From Caldilineae bacterium (GTDB lineage: Bacteria > Chloroflexota > Anaerolineae > DTLA01), in contig JBBIHX010000009.1 of the NCBI GenBank assembly GCA_037446815.1, positions 1 to 44,144 on the forward strand: 44,144 nucleotides of DNA. Direction: 5' to 3'. The translations under genes and the position numbers were made by a program. Every line of letters starts with the position of its first letter. The first letter of the stretch is position 1. Positions 18,939 through 28,756 of this stretch are shown one piece after another. The notes beneath the pieces are model-generated. The model was not told the origin of the DNA, searched no databases, and saw only the letters and a list, made by a program, of their open reading frames with translations.

Positions 18939-19147
18939 GAGTCGGTTTCCTCTTGTGTTGGTGAACCTTAGGCGCGCTCTCTTCGTGTGTCATCGCGAGC
19001 GAAGCGAAGCAATCGCACGCCCCGGGGATTGCTTCGGGCGCTCCGCGCCCTCGCAATGACGGATACCAGCAATCCCGCGCCCCGGACATTGCTTGGGCAG
19101 TGTGTGCCCTCGCAATGACGGATACCGGCAGACTTTGGAACCGACTC
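18939..19147. mobile_element. MITE copy 4 (209 bp, internal ~60-bp duplication)
   Basis: TIRs GAGTCGGTT…AACCGACTC; the half core is duplicated; TSD degenerate (5/8). Confidence 0.8.
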
Positions 19148-19164
19148 CGTGGTGGCAGTTGCAT

Positions 19165-19193
19165 TTGCATTCCGCGGGTCTATCTCGTATAAT
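19165..19193 (+). promoter_or_regulatory. Promoter of the hdr/metVF operon
   Basis: TTGCAT-17 nt-TATAAT. Confidence 0.65.
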
Positions 19194-19348
19194 GCTCGTG
19201 GTGCGGCAGTGCGGCCGCATGTGGCTGACAACAAGAGGCTCGTGAAACGATGAAGATGTTCGTGCTACGCTCTGGGATGCAATACTGAAACGCCTAGCCG
19301 TATTCCAAGAGGCGTAGCCTTTTTCTTATCGCCCGATTAGGAGGAAAC

Positions 19349-22300
19349 ATGCCACACCGGGAAAAGATTGGCGCTGTACTCGTCGTCGGAGCGGGCGTAG
19401 GTGGCATGCGCGCCGCAGTGGATCTGGCCGAAGCGGGTCTCCAGGTTTACCTCGTGGAAGCCTCCTCTAGTTTGGGCGGGGTGGTCGCCCAGTTGGGATT
19501 CATGTTCCCGACCCACGACTGCGTGTTGTGCCGTGGCACGTCTGACCATGGCTACGGCTGTACCCGCCCGTCCATCACCCCCGCTCTCTTGGATCACAGC
19601 GTGCACCCCAACATTCGGGTCATGACCCTGTCGGAGGTGGTGTCGCTGGACGGGCTACCGGGGGACTTTGACGTTACCCTGCTGCACAGGCCTCGTTATG
19701 TGGATGTGCGCAAGTGCATCAACTGCGGCGACTGCAGCGAGGTCTGCCCGGTGGACCTGCCCGACCGCTTCCAGACGGGCTTCACCACGCACAAGGCCGC
19801 GTTCAAGCCGGCCCCGCGCGCGATTCCCAATGCGTACCTCATTGAGAAGGGGCACTACTGCATTGATTGCCGCAAGTGCGAGGAGGTCTGCCCGACCAAG
19901 GCCATCAACCTGGACGAGACGGAGACCTACGAGCACATCAAGGTGGGGGCGGTGATCCTGGCGCTGGGCTACCGCCTGTACGACCCGAGCCGCGCGGCGG
20001 AGTACGGATACGGCCGCTATCCCAACGTCGTTACCAGCCTCCAGTACGAGCGCCTGGCCAGCCGATCCGGGCCGACAGAGGGCGTCGTGCTGCGCCCGTC
20101 GGACAATCAGTTCCCCAAGAAGATCGCATGGCTCCAGTGCGTGGGCTCGCGGGACAAGGAGCATCCGTACTGCTCGTCCATCTGCTGCATGTACGCCACG
20201 AAGGAAGCCCTCCTGGCCAAGCAGCGCGTGCCCGGCGTAGAGTGCGAGATCTTCATGATGGATGAGCGCGCGTTTAGCAAGGAGTACAACGCGTACTACG
20301 AGCGGGCGCGCGACGAGTTCGGCGTGAAGTACACCCGCTGCCGCATCTCGGGCATCAAGGAAGACCCCAAGACCCACGACTTGATCCTGGATTACCAGAC
20401 CGAAGACGGGAAACTGCACGAGTCGCGCTTTGGATTGGTGGTGTTGTCGGTGGGGAGCGAGCCGCCGCCAAAGGCAAAGGCCCTGGCCGAGAGACTCGGC
20501 GTGGACCTGAACGCATACGGCTTCTGCGAGACCGACAAGTTTGAGCCGCTGGACACGTCTCGGCCCGGCATCTACGTGTGCGGAGCGTTCGCCACGCCGA
20601 AGGAGATTGCCGAGACCGTCATAGATGCCAGCGGCGCCTCGGCGCGGGCGATGGAACTCCTCTCGGGAGCGACGCAGGCCGCGCCGACCCGGAAGCCCTT
20701 GCCGCCGGAGCGGGACATAACCGCCGAGCCGCGCAAAGTCGCGGTGTACGTGTGCGAGTGCGGGCAGGAGGTGGCGGGCGTTGTGGACGTGCCTGCGGTG
20801 GTGGAGCGGGCGCGCACGCTGCCGGATGTCGTCGTGGCCGAGCGGGTACAGTACGCCTGCTTGCAAGAAGGCATGGACCAGATCCGCGAATCCCTGAGGC
20901 AGAGCGGCGCGAACCGCGTGGTGGTGGCGGCCTGTACCCCGCGAACCCACGAGGCGCTGTTCCAGCAGATTCTGCGGGAAGTGGGCCTGAACCCATATCT
21001 GCTGGAGTTCGTGAGCATTCGCGACCACTGCGCGTGGGTGCACCGGGACGACCCGGCGGGGGCGACGCGCAAGGCGCATGAGTTGGTCCGCGTGGGCGTG
21101 GCGCGCGCGCGAACCCTGGAGCCCGTCCACAAAGTGCGCGGAGACTTCCAGCGATCCGCGGTGGTGCTGGGGGGCGGCCTTTCGGGCATGACGGCCGCGC
21201 TTGCCATCGCCGACGGCGGGTACGACGTGTATCTGGTGGAGAAGAGCGACGTGCTGGGCGGCAACCTTCGCCATCTGTACTTCACCGCCGAAGGCCCAGA
21301 CCCGCAGAGGCTGCTGCGGCAACTCATCAAGGACGTGGAATGCAATCCACGCATCGCCGTGCTTCGGTCGTCGGAGTTGGTGGGTTTCGGCGGGCACGTG
21401 GGCGACTTCCGGTCGGTCATCGCCACGCGACGCAACGGCACAACCACCACGCAGACCATCCGGCATGGGGTTCTCGTCGTGGCGACGGGCGCCAAAGAGT
21501 ACCGCGGGCAGCAGTTTCTGTTCGGGCAGGACCCGCGCGTCATCACCCAGTTGGACTTGGAGAAGCAGATCGCGCTGTCGCCGGACATCGCGCATTCCCT
21601 GAACACCATCGTCATGATTCAGTGCGTGCGCGACCCCGGGCCGGAGTCCGACTACTGTAGCCGCACGTGTTGCACCAACACGCTGAAGAACGCCATCCGC
21701 ATCAAGCAGATCAATCCCGATTGCCAGATTTACGTGCTGTACAAGGACTTGATTACCTACGGCCACCGCGAGGAGTTCTACACAGAGGCGCGGCGCCGCG
21801 GCGTTATCTTCATGCGATACGACGAAGACAAGCGCCCGTCGGTGCGCGTGGTCAACGAAGAGTTGCAGGTGGTGGTAACGGAGCCTATCCTGGGCGAGCA
21901 GATCATCATCAAGCCGGACATGGTGGCGCTGAGCATGGCCACCGTCCCCGCCGACAGCAATCCGCAGTTGGCCCGACTGCTCGGCGTTCCTCTGTCGCGC
22001 GAGGGGTTCTTCATGGAGGCCCACCTGAAGTTGCGCCCGATGGACTTCATTGACGAGGGAATCTTCCTGTGCGGCCTGGCGCATTACCCGAAGTTCATTG
22101 AGGAGTCCATATCCCACGCGCTGGCGACCGCGGGGCGAGCGCTCTCGCTGCTGGCCAAGCCCGCGCTGGAGGTCGGCGGCGTGGTGGCCTCGGTGGATGA
22201 GAGCAAGTGCGTGGCCTGCCTCACGTGCGTGCGGACATGCCCGTTTGACGTGCCGGTGGTGGACCCTGAGCGCGTTGGCAATGGCGGCATCAAGGGCACG

Positions 22301-22444
22301 GCCTACATTGACCCGGCCCTGTGCCAGGGCTGCGGGACGTGCACGTCCGAGTGCCCGGCGAATGCGATACAATTGGCCCATTACCGCGATGACCAACTCG
22401 CGCAGTGCGAAATGGATATTCTGGGAAGGTGGCAAGTCGTATGA
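19349..22444 (+). CDS. hdrA: Heterodisulfide reductase subunit A-like flavoprotein (duplicated HdrA modules)
   Basis: Two FAD motifs (VVGAGVGG, VLGGGLSG), QCVGSRD…YCSSICC, AACTPRTHE, ferredoxin motifs. Confidence 0.93.
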   Translation: MPHREKIGAVLVVGAGVGGMRAAVDLAEAGLQVYLVEASSSLGGVVAQLGFMFPTHDCVLCRGTSDHGYGCTRPSITPALLDHSVHPNIRVMTLSEVVSLDGLPGDFDVTLLHRPRYVDVRKCINCGDCSEVCPVDLPDRFQTGFTTHKAAFKPAPRAIPNAYLIEKGHYCIDCRKCEEVCPTKAINLDETETYEHIKVGAVILALGYRLYDPSRAAEYGYGRYPNVVTSLQYERLASRSGPTEGVVLRPSDNQFPKKIAWLQCVGSRDKEHPYCSSICCMYATKEALLAKQRVPGVECEIFMMDERAFSKEYNAYYERARDEFGVKYTRCRISGIKEDPKTHDLILDYQTEDGKLHESRFGLVVLSVGSEPPPKAKALAERLGVDLNAYGFCETDKFEPLDTSRPGIYVCGAFATPKEIAETVIDASGASARAMELLSGATQAAPTRKPLPPERDITAEPRKVAVYVCECGQEVAGVVDVPAVVERARTLPDVVVAERVQYACLQEGMDQIRESLRQSGANRVVVAACTPRTHEALFQQILREVGLNPYLLEFVSIRDHCAWVHRDDPAGATRKAHELVRVGVARARTLEPVHKVRGDFQRSAVVLGGGLSGMTAALAIADGGYDVYLVEKSDVLGGNLRHLYFTAEGPDPQRLLRQLIKDVECNPRIAVLRSSELVGFGGHVGDFRSVIATRRNGTTTTQTIRHGVLVVATGAKEYRGQQFLFGQDPRVITQLDLEKQIALSPDIAHSLNTIVMIQCVRDPGPESDYCSRTCCTNTLKNAIRIKQINPDCQIYVLYKDLITYGHREEFYTEARRRGVIFMRYDEDKRPSVRVVNEELQVVVTEPILGEQIIIKPDMVALSMATVPADSNPQLARLLGVPLSREGFFMEAHLKLRPMDFIDEGIFLCGLAHYPKFIEESISHALATAGRALSLLAKPALEVGGVVASVDESKCVACLTCVRTCPFDVPVVDPERVGNGGIKGTAYIDPALCQGCGTCTSECPANAIQLAHYRDDQLAQCEMDILGRWQVV

Positions 22445-22920
22445 CATCGGAAATCGCACCTACCGTATCTGAAATCGCGACCGAAGCGGAGGCCACGGGC
22501 ACCTTTGAGCCCGAAATCACGGCGTTCACCTGCATCTACTGCGGATTCATGGCGGCGGACACCGCCGGGGCGCTTCACTTCTCGTACCCGGCCAACGTCA
22601 AACTGCTCAAGTTGCCGTGCACGGGCAAGGTGGACGTGGAGTACATCCTGAAGGCGTTTGAGAACGGGGCCGATGGGGTGTACGTGGTTGCCTGCCCGCT
22701 CGGGAACTGCCACCATCTGGAAGGGAACGTGAGGGCGACCAAGCGGGTTGCCTACGCAAAGAAACTGCTGGACGAGATTGGACTCGGCGGCGACCGCGTT
22801 GACATCTTCTACATGTCGGGCGGGCAAGGAGGCGCATTTGCCGAGGCCGCTCGGACGATGACGGAGCGAATCCGAAAGATGGGGCCCAATCCGCTTCGGA
22901 TGAAGTCCTGGGGCTGCTGA
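22441..22920 (+). CDS. mvhD: MvhD/FlpD [2Fe-2S] subunit (Cys form)
   Basis: FTCIYC, LPCTGKVD, GADGVYVVACPLGNCHH, GPNPL. Confidence 0.93.
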   Translation: MTSEIAPTVSEIATEAEATGTFEPEITAFTCIYCGFMAADTAGALHFSYPANVKLLKLPCTGKVDVEYILKAFENGADGVYVVACPLGNCHHLEGNVRATKRVAYAKKLLDEIGLGGDRVDIFYMSGGQGGAFAEAARTMTERIRKMGPNPLRMKSWGC

Positions 22921-23056
22921 CGTCGGCGAACTCGCGTTTACCCGGCGCGGATTTGGGCCTGATTGTGGCGGAGGGTCTGGCGGAGCGATTCGTTGGCACA
23001 AGGGCGACGGCGCCCCCACGCACTCACAACGGGGTGGGCTGGCAGAAGGTGTCGCA

Positions 23057-26000
23057 ATGTCAGAGAACACGAATGCCCCGATCGGTGCCGCCCTTGTCGT
23101 CGGGGGTGGCATTGCGGGCGTACAAGCCGCGATTGACCTGGCCAACGCGGGGATCAAGGTCTACCTCGTGGAGCGCTCGCCTGCCATCGGTGGGAAGATG
23201 GCCCAGTTAGACAAGACGTTTCCCACCAACGACTGCGCCATCTGTATCATCTCGCCGAAACTGGCGGAGTGCGGCCGCCATCCGAACATTACAATCTTGA
23301 CCAATGCCGAGGTGGTGGGGCTGGCCGGCGACGTCGGCAACTTCACGGCCACCGTGCGCCAAAAGCCGCGCTACGTGGACTTGGAGCGGTGCACCAGTTG
23401 CGACGACTGCGCGAAGGTGTGCCCTGTGCGTCTGCCCGACGAGTACAACGAGGGGATGCGCGAGCGGACGGCTATCTATCGGCCGTATGCGCAGGCCATA
23501 CCCAGCGCGTATGCCATTACCAAGCGGGGCACGTCCCCGTGCAAGAATGCCTGCCCGGCGGACACGAGCGCGCAGGGGTATGTGGCGCTCATCGCCCAGC
23601 GGCGATACGCCGAGGCGTTTGAGGTCGTGCGGGAGTACAACCCGTTTCCCGCTACCGTGGGGCGAGTGTGCAACCATCCGTGCGAGGGCCAATGCAACCG
23701 GGGCAAGGTGGACGCTCCCGTCGCCATCTGCGCGCTCAAGCGGTTCGTGGCCGACTACGTGTATGAGCATGGGCTGGAGGGGACGGCGCCGAGTGTCTAC
23801 GCCGTCAAGCCCGACCCCGAGGCGGCGAACCTACCCGTGGCCGTGGTGGGCGCGGGGCCGGCGGGCCTGTCGGCGGCGTACTTCCTGGCGCGGATGGGGC
23901 ATCCGGTTACCGTGTTTGAGGCGCTGCCGGTGCCCGGCGGGATGATGCGGGTGGGGATTCCTGCCTACCGCCTCCCGCGCGAGGTGCTGGACAGGGAGAT
24001 TCAGAACATTTTGAAAGCGGGCGTAGAACTGAAACTCAACACGCCCATTCGGAACATTAACAATCTGCTGGAACAGGGTTTCAAGGCCGTCTTCCTGGCC
24101 ATCGGCGCGCACCAACCGCAGAAACTGGGGATTCCAGGCGAGGACGTGGAGGGCGTGTTCCACGGCGTTCCCTTCCTGCGGGCCGTGGCGTTGGGCGAGA
24201 CCCCTCCCATCGGGAAGCGCGTCGTGGTTGTGGGCGGCGGCAACACGGCCATAGACACGGCACGCACCGCGCGGCGGCTTGGCGCGGAACAGGTTACCAT
24301 CCTGTACCGCAGGGATCGGGAATCCATGCCCGCCAATCCCTGGGAAGTGGACGAGGCGGAGCGCGAGGGGATTCGCCTGCAGTTGCTCACGGCGCCCGTG
24401 GAGGTGCTGAGCGATGGCGGGCGTGTTACGGGTGTGCGCTGTGTTCGGATGCAACTGGGCGAGCCGGATAGCAGCGGGCGACCCCGGCCGATTCCGATTC
24501 CGCGCAGCGAGTTCACCATATCCTGCGATACGCTGGTGGCGGCTGTGGCCCAGGCCCCCGAAATCTCGCTCCTGGATCCGGACCATGGGCTGGATGTTAC
24601 GCGGTTCGGCACGTTCCGTGTGGACCCCAAGACGCTGGCGACCAATCGGCCGGGCATCTTCGCAGGAGGGGACGCGGCCAAAGGCCCGGGCGCGCTGATA
24701 GAAGCCATCGCTGCGGGTCGCCGCGGGGCGCTGTCCATCCACCGCCACCTGAAGGGCGAGCCGCTGCTCACGCCGCGGGAGGAACTGCCACTACCGGTGG
24801 CCGAGATGTCGCCGGAGGAAGCGCGCGAGCACGTGGCCGGGGGAGAAGCCTCTCCGCGGCCGCGGGTCGCCATCCCGATGCTGCCGGTTGAGGAGCGGCT
24901 GCGCGGTTTCGCCGAGGTGGAAATCGCCCTGGACGAGGAATCGGCCGTGCGCGAGGCCGAGCGATGCCTGGGCTGCGGCATCTGCTCCGAGTGTCATCGG
25001 TGCGTCGTGGCGTGCAAGGCCGAGGCGATAGACCACCAGCAGGCGCCGATGGAGTTGGAGATTCCGGTGGGCGCGGTCATCTTGGCCACCGGCTACCAAT
25101 TGGCCGACGCGCGCGGGTATCAGGAATATGGCTTTGGCCGGTATCCCAATGTGCTCACGGCGTTGCAGTACGAGCGCCTGCTGTCGGCTTCGGGGCCGAC
25201 GGGAGGGCATGTGCAAAGGCCGTCGGATGGCCGGGAAGCGCGACGCATCGCCTGGCTGCAGTGCGTTGGCTCGCGCGACACGCGACACGCCTACTGCAGT
25301 TCGGTCTGCTGCATGTACGCCACCAAGCAGGCGCTGCTCACGCTGGAGCACGTGCACGGCGCCGAGTGCGATGTGTTCCTGATGGACATGCGCGCCTTCA
25401 GCAAGGGGTTTGACGCCTACTTCGCCAGGGCCAAAGAGCAGGGCATCCGCTATCACCGGTGTCGGGTGTCCAGCGTGAAGGAAGACCCGAAGACGCGGGA
25501 CTTGCGGCTGACGTTCACCGATGAGAATGGGGCCATTCACGAGGCCGCGTTTGACCTGGTAGTGCTGAGCGTGGGGATGGAGATTCCCCAGGAGACGCGC
25601 CAATGGGCGGAGGCGCTCGGCTTGAGCCTGCGGCCGGAGGGATTCGCGAGGCCGCGGCCGTTCCATCCGGTGGAGACCGATCGCGCGGGCGTGTTTGTGT
25701 GCGGAGCGCTGGCCGACCCGAAGGATATTCCCGATAGCGTGGTGGAAGCGAGCGCGGCAGCGGCGGCGGCCCTGGAAGTCATCGGCAAGGCGCGCGGGAC
25801 GCAGATTACGCCCAAGGTTCTGCCCCCCGAGACGGCTGTAGCGCCCAGCGACGAGCCGCGCATCGGCGTGTTCGTGTGCAGTTGCGGGAACAATATCGCC
25901 GGGGTGGTGAATGTCGCCGAGGCGACGCGCTACGCGGCCACATTGCCGGGCGTGGTCCACGCCGAGAACACGATGTACACCTGCTCGCCCGACGCGCTGA

Positions 26001-27595
26001 AGATCATCAAAGAGCGGATTCGCGAACACAACCTGAATCGCGTCATTGTGGCGTCGTGCACGCCCCGCACGCACGAGCCGCTGTTCCGCGAGACAATCCG
26101 CGAGGCCGGGCTGAACCCGTACCTGTTTGAGATGGCGAACATCCGGGACCAGTGCTCGTGGGTTCACGGGAACGACCCGGCCAGGGCAACGGCGAAGAGC
26201 AAGGACCTGATTCGCATGGCGGTGTGGCGCGCGCGGACCCTGGAGCCGCTGTACAAGCAGGAGCAGAGCCTGTTCCACAGCGCGCTGGTGGTCGGCGGCG
26301 GCGTCGCAGGGATGTCTGCCGCGTTGAGCCTCGCCGAGCAGGGGTTCCCGGTGTATCTGGTGGAGCGTTCGGACCAACTCGGCGGGATGGCGCGGGAATG
26401 GGCGCGCGGCGTGAGCGGCTCTCGTCCCGCCGCAGAGGTGGCGGACCTCATCGCCCGTGTGTTGTCGCACCCGCGGATAGAAGTCCTGCTGGGGACCCGC
26501 GTGGTGAAAACGCAGGGATTCGTCGGCAATTTCCAGACAACGGTTGCTAGCGTGCACGACCCGACGCAGCGGCTGCTGGAGCACGGCGTTACGATTATTG
26601 CCACGGGCGGGCAGGAGTGGCGCGGCCCGGTCTTCGGCCTGGGTTCCCGCCCGGAGGTGGTAACGCAGGGGGATTGGGAGCGGACGCTCGCCGAATTGGA
26701 GGCGGGGCTGCACCCGGACCATCCTTTGCGGAGGGCGGGGGCGACGGTTGCCGTGCTGCAGTGCGTGGGGCCGTGGGATGCTGACCCGTCGCAGGCGTTC
26801 TATTGCAGTCGCGTGTGCTGCGCTGTGGCCATGAAGAACGCGCTGCGCATCAAGGCGCTGAACCCGCAGGCGGCGGTCGTCGTGTTCCACGAGGACGTGC
26901 GCACCTACGCGTTCCATGAGGTGCTGTACACAGAGGCGCGGGACGCGGGCGTGCTGTTTGTCCGCGTGGAGGATAGGCGGCAATTGGAGGTTGTGCACGC
27001 CGACGCGGGCGTGCGGATTCAGGCTCGCGATCCCGGACTCGGGCAGGATGTCGCGGTGCAGGCGGACATGCTGGTGCTGTCCAGCGCCATTGTCCCGGCC
27101 GAGGGGAGCGTCGCGCTGGCCGAGACGTTCAAGTTCTCGTGCACGCTGGAAGGGTTCTTCGCCGAGGCGCATGTGAAACTGCGGCCGGTGGACTTCCCGG
27201 CCGAGGGGCTGTTCTTGTGCGGCGCAGCGCACTACCCGAAGACGATTGAGGAGAGCATTGCGCAGGCTCGCGCGGCAGCGGCGCGGGCGGCCGCCATCCT
27301 GTCCAAGGATGTGCTGGAAGTGGGCGGCATTGTGGCGGTGGTCAATGCCGAGCAGTGCACGGCATGTCTCACGTGCGTGCGCATCTGTCCCTACGGAGCG
27401 CCGCGCATCAACCCGGATTTGAGTGGGGCGGGCGGGATTCATGGCGCGGCCGAGGTCAAGGCGGCGGCGTGCCAGGGGTGCGGCTTGTGCGTTGCCGAAT
27501 GCCCCGCCAAGGCAATCCAGTTGATGCATTACAAAGATGAGCAGATGCTGGCCAAGATAGACGCCCTGCTCATGGCAGAAGGAGGTGCGCGATGA
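23057..27595 (+). CDS. HdrL-type large HdrA with inserted GltD/NfnB-like NAD(P)H-binding module
   Basis: LDKTFPTNDC; PCKNACP…GRVCNHPCE; VVGAGPAG; GGGNTAID…YRR; followed by two further HdrA regions. Confidence 0.9.
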   Translation: MSENTNAPIGAALVVGGGIAGVQAAIDLANAGIKVYLVERSPAIGGKMAQLDKTFPTNDCAICIISPKLAECGRHPNITILTNAEVVGLAGDVGNFTATVRQKPRYVDLERCTSCDDCAKVCPVRLPDEYNEGMRERTAIYRPYAQAIPSAYAITKRGTSPCKNACPADTSAQGYVALIAQRRYAEAFEVVREYNPFPATVGRVCNHPCEGQCNRGKVDAPVAICALKRFVADYVYEHGLEGTAPSVYAVKPDPEAANLPVAVVGAGPAGLSAAYFLARMGHPVTVFEALPVPGGMMRVGIPAYRLPREVLDREIQNILKAGVELKLNTPIRNINNLLEQGFKAVFLAIGAHQPQKLGIPGEDVEGVFHGVPFLRAVALGETPPIGKRVVVVGGGNTAIDTARTARRLGAEQVTILYRRDRESMPANPWEVDEAEREGIRLQLLTAPVEVLSDGGRVTGVRCVRMQLGEPDSSGRPRPIPIPRSEFTISCDTLVAAVAQAPEISLLDPDHGLDVTRFGTFRVDPKTLATNRPGIFAGGDAAKGPGALIEAIAAGRRGALSIHRHLKGEPLLTPREELPLPVAEMSPEEAREHVAGGEASPRPRVAIPMLPVEERLRGFAEVEIALDEESAVREAERCLGCGICSECHRCVVACKAEAIDHQQAPMELEIPVGAVILATGYQLADARGYQEYGFGRYPNVLTALQYERLLSASGPTGGHVQRPSDGREARRIAWLQCVGSRDTRHAYCSSVCCMYATKQALLTLEHVHGAECDVFLMDMRAFSKGFDAYFARAKEQGIRYHRCRVSSVKEDPKTRDLRLTFTDENGAIHEAAFDLVVLSVGMEIPQETRQWAEALGLSLRPEGFARPRPFHPVETDRAGVFVCGALADPKDIPDSVVEASAAAAAALEVIGKARGTQITPKVLPPETAVAPSDEPRIGVFVCSCGNNIAGVVNVAEATRYAATLPGVVHAENTMYTCSPDALKIIKERIREHNLNRVIVASCTPRTHEPLFRETIREAGLNPYLFEMANIRDQCSWVHGNDPARATAKSKDLIRMAVWRARTLEPLYKQEQSLFHSALVVGGGVAGMSAALSLAEQGFPVYLVERSDQLGGMAREWARGVSGSRPAAEVADLIARVLSHPRIEVLLGTRVVKTQGFVGNFQTTVASVHDPTQRLLEHGVTIIATGGQEWRGPVFGLGSRPEVVTQGDWERTLAELEAGLHPDHPLRRAGATVAVLQCVGPWDADPSQAFYCSRVCCAVAMKNALRIKALNPQAAVVVFHEDVRTYAFHEVLYTEARDAGVLFVRVEDRRQLEVVHADAGVRIQARDPGLGQDVAVQADMLVLSSAIVPAEGSVALAETFKFSCTLEGFFAEAHVKLRPVDFPAEGLFLCGAAHYPKTIEESIAQARAAAARAAAILSKDVLEVGGIVAVVNAEQCTACLTCVRICPYGAPRINPDLSGAGGIHGAAEVKAAACQGCGLCVAECPAKAIQLMHYKDEQMLAKIDALLMAEGGAR

Positions 27596-28047
27596 CGGAG
27601 TTTGAGCCGCAGATTCTGGCCTTCGCGTGCCACTACTGTGCCTACGCGGCGGCAGACCTGGCGGGGTCTATGCGCCTGCAATACCCGCCGAACGTCAAGG
27701 TCATTCACGTCCCCTGTAGCGGCAGGGTGGACGTGATCCATATCCTGCGCGCCTTTGAACGGGGCGTGGACGGGGTGTTTGTGGCGGGCTGACTGAAAGG
27801 GACATGTCATTACCTGGAAGGTAATTTCAGCGCAGAGCGTAGGGTCAATTACGTGAAGCATCTTCTGGATCAAATCGGGTTGGGGGGAGAGCGGCTTGAC
27901 ATGTTTTTCCTCGCGTCCTCGGAGGGGGCGCGATTTGCGGAAATCTGCCGAGAGATGACCGAGCGCATCCGCGGGCTGGGGCCCAACCCCATCGCCTCGG
28001 GTGCGGGCACCTCTTCATCGGACACCAAAGGAGGATGTTCAGAATGA
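27592..28047 (+). CDS. mvhD: MvhD/FlpD subunit, predicted selenoprotein (UGA at 27790-27792 = Sec67)
   Basis: Readthrough gives VFVAG-U-LKGTCHYLEGN, aligning with VYVVA-C-PLGNCHHLEGN of the paralog; SECIS-like hairpin follows. Confidence 0.92.
27793..27830 (+). promoter_or_regulatory. SECIS element of mvhD2
   Basis: ATTACCT-GGA-AGGTAAT upper stem-loop, CTGAA/TTCAG lower stem; 23 nt between UGA and the loop G. Confidence 0.8.
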
Positions 28048-28718
28048 TAGTCGCAGAACAGAAGTCGCTGGATGAAATCAAGAATATGCTCGCGCCGTAT
28101 GAGAAGGTGCTCATCGTCGGGTGCGGCACCTGCGTAACCGTCTGCTTCGCGGGCGGGGAAAAAGAGGTCGCCATCCTTGCTTCGGCGCTGCGCATGGCCA
28201 CAGCGCTGGACGGCAAGCCGAAGGAGATTCTGGAGGCGACGGTGCAGCGGCAGTGCGAGTACGAGTACAACGACGCCATCGCCGAGAAACTCAAAGAGGT
28301 GGACGCGGTGCTGTCGCTGGCCTGCGGCATCGGCGTGCAGACGATGAATGAGCAGTTCCCCGAGATGCTGACGCTGCCCGGGCTGAACACCACCTTCCTC
28401 GGTCAGCCGACCGAGCAGGGCGTCTGGGTGGAGCGGTGCCAGGCCTGCGGCAATTGCGTGCTGGCGACGACGGGCGGCATCTGCCCCATCGCGCGCTGCT
28501 CCAAGAGCCTGCTGAACGGCCCGTGCGGGGGGTCGCAGAACGGGAAGTGCGAGGTTGACCCCGACATCCCGTGCGCCTGGCAGGAAATCTATGACCGCAT
28601 GAAGGCGCTGGGTCGGCTGGACGCGTTGCTGCAAGTGGCAGAGCCCAAGGATTGGCGCACAAGCCGCGACGGCGGCCCGCGCAAAATCGTTCGCGAAGAT
28701 TTGCGCCTGGACAAGTAG
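28044..28718 (+). CDS. metV: Methylenetetrahydrofolate reductase subunit MetV
   Basis: GCGTCVTVC, RQCE, LACGIGVQ, ERCQACGNC…GGICPIARCSKSLLNGPCGG…CAW. Confidence 0.92.
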   Translation: MIVAEQKSLDEIKNMLAPYEKVLIVGCGTCVTVCFAGGEKEVAILASALRMATALDGKPKEILEATVQRQCEYEYNDAIAEKLKEVDAVLSLACGIGVQTMNEQFPEMLTLPGLNTTFLGQPTEQGVWVERCQACGNCVLATTGGICPIARCSKSLLNGPCGGSQNGKCEVDPDIPCAWQEIYDRMKALGRLDALLQVAEPKDWRTSRDGGPRKIVREDLRLDK

Positions 28719-28756
28719 GCGATAGGCCGCGAGATATGGGAAAGGATGATCAGACG

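Noticed and set aside
22912..22962. mvhD1 ends …WGC-TGA, a possible C-terminal Cys-Sec
   Set aside because: It lies past the conserved GPNP end; the nearest hairpin has no G-led small loop; readthrough gives an unremarkable Arg-rich 13-mer. Not fully excluded.
19655..27529. Long antisense ORFs (934 aa, 912 aa) and similar shadow ORFs across the window
   Set aside because: They mirror high-GC coding genes on the opposite strand and show no recognisable motifs.
27592..28047. mvhD2 and the split genes at 32570-33621 as pseudogenes
   Set aside because: Every interruption is TGA at a Cys-equivalent or redox-motif position with a SECIS-like hairpin, and there are no frameshifts or other decay.
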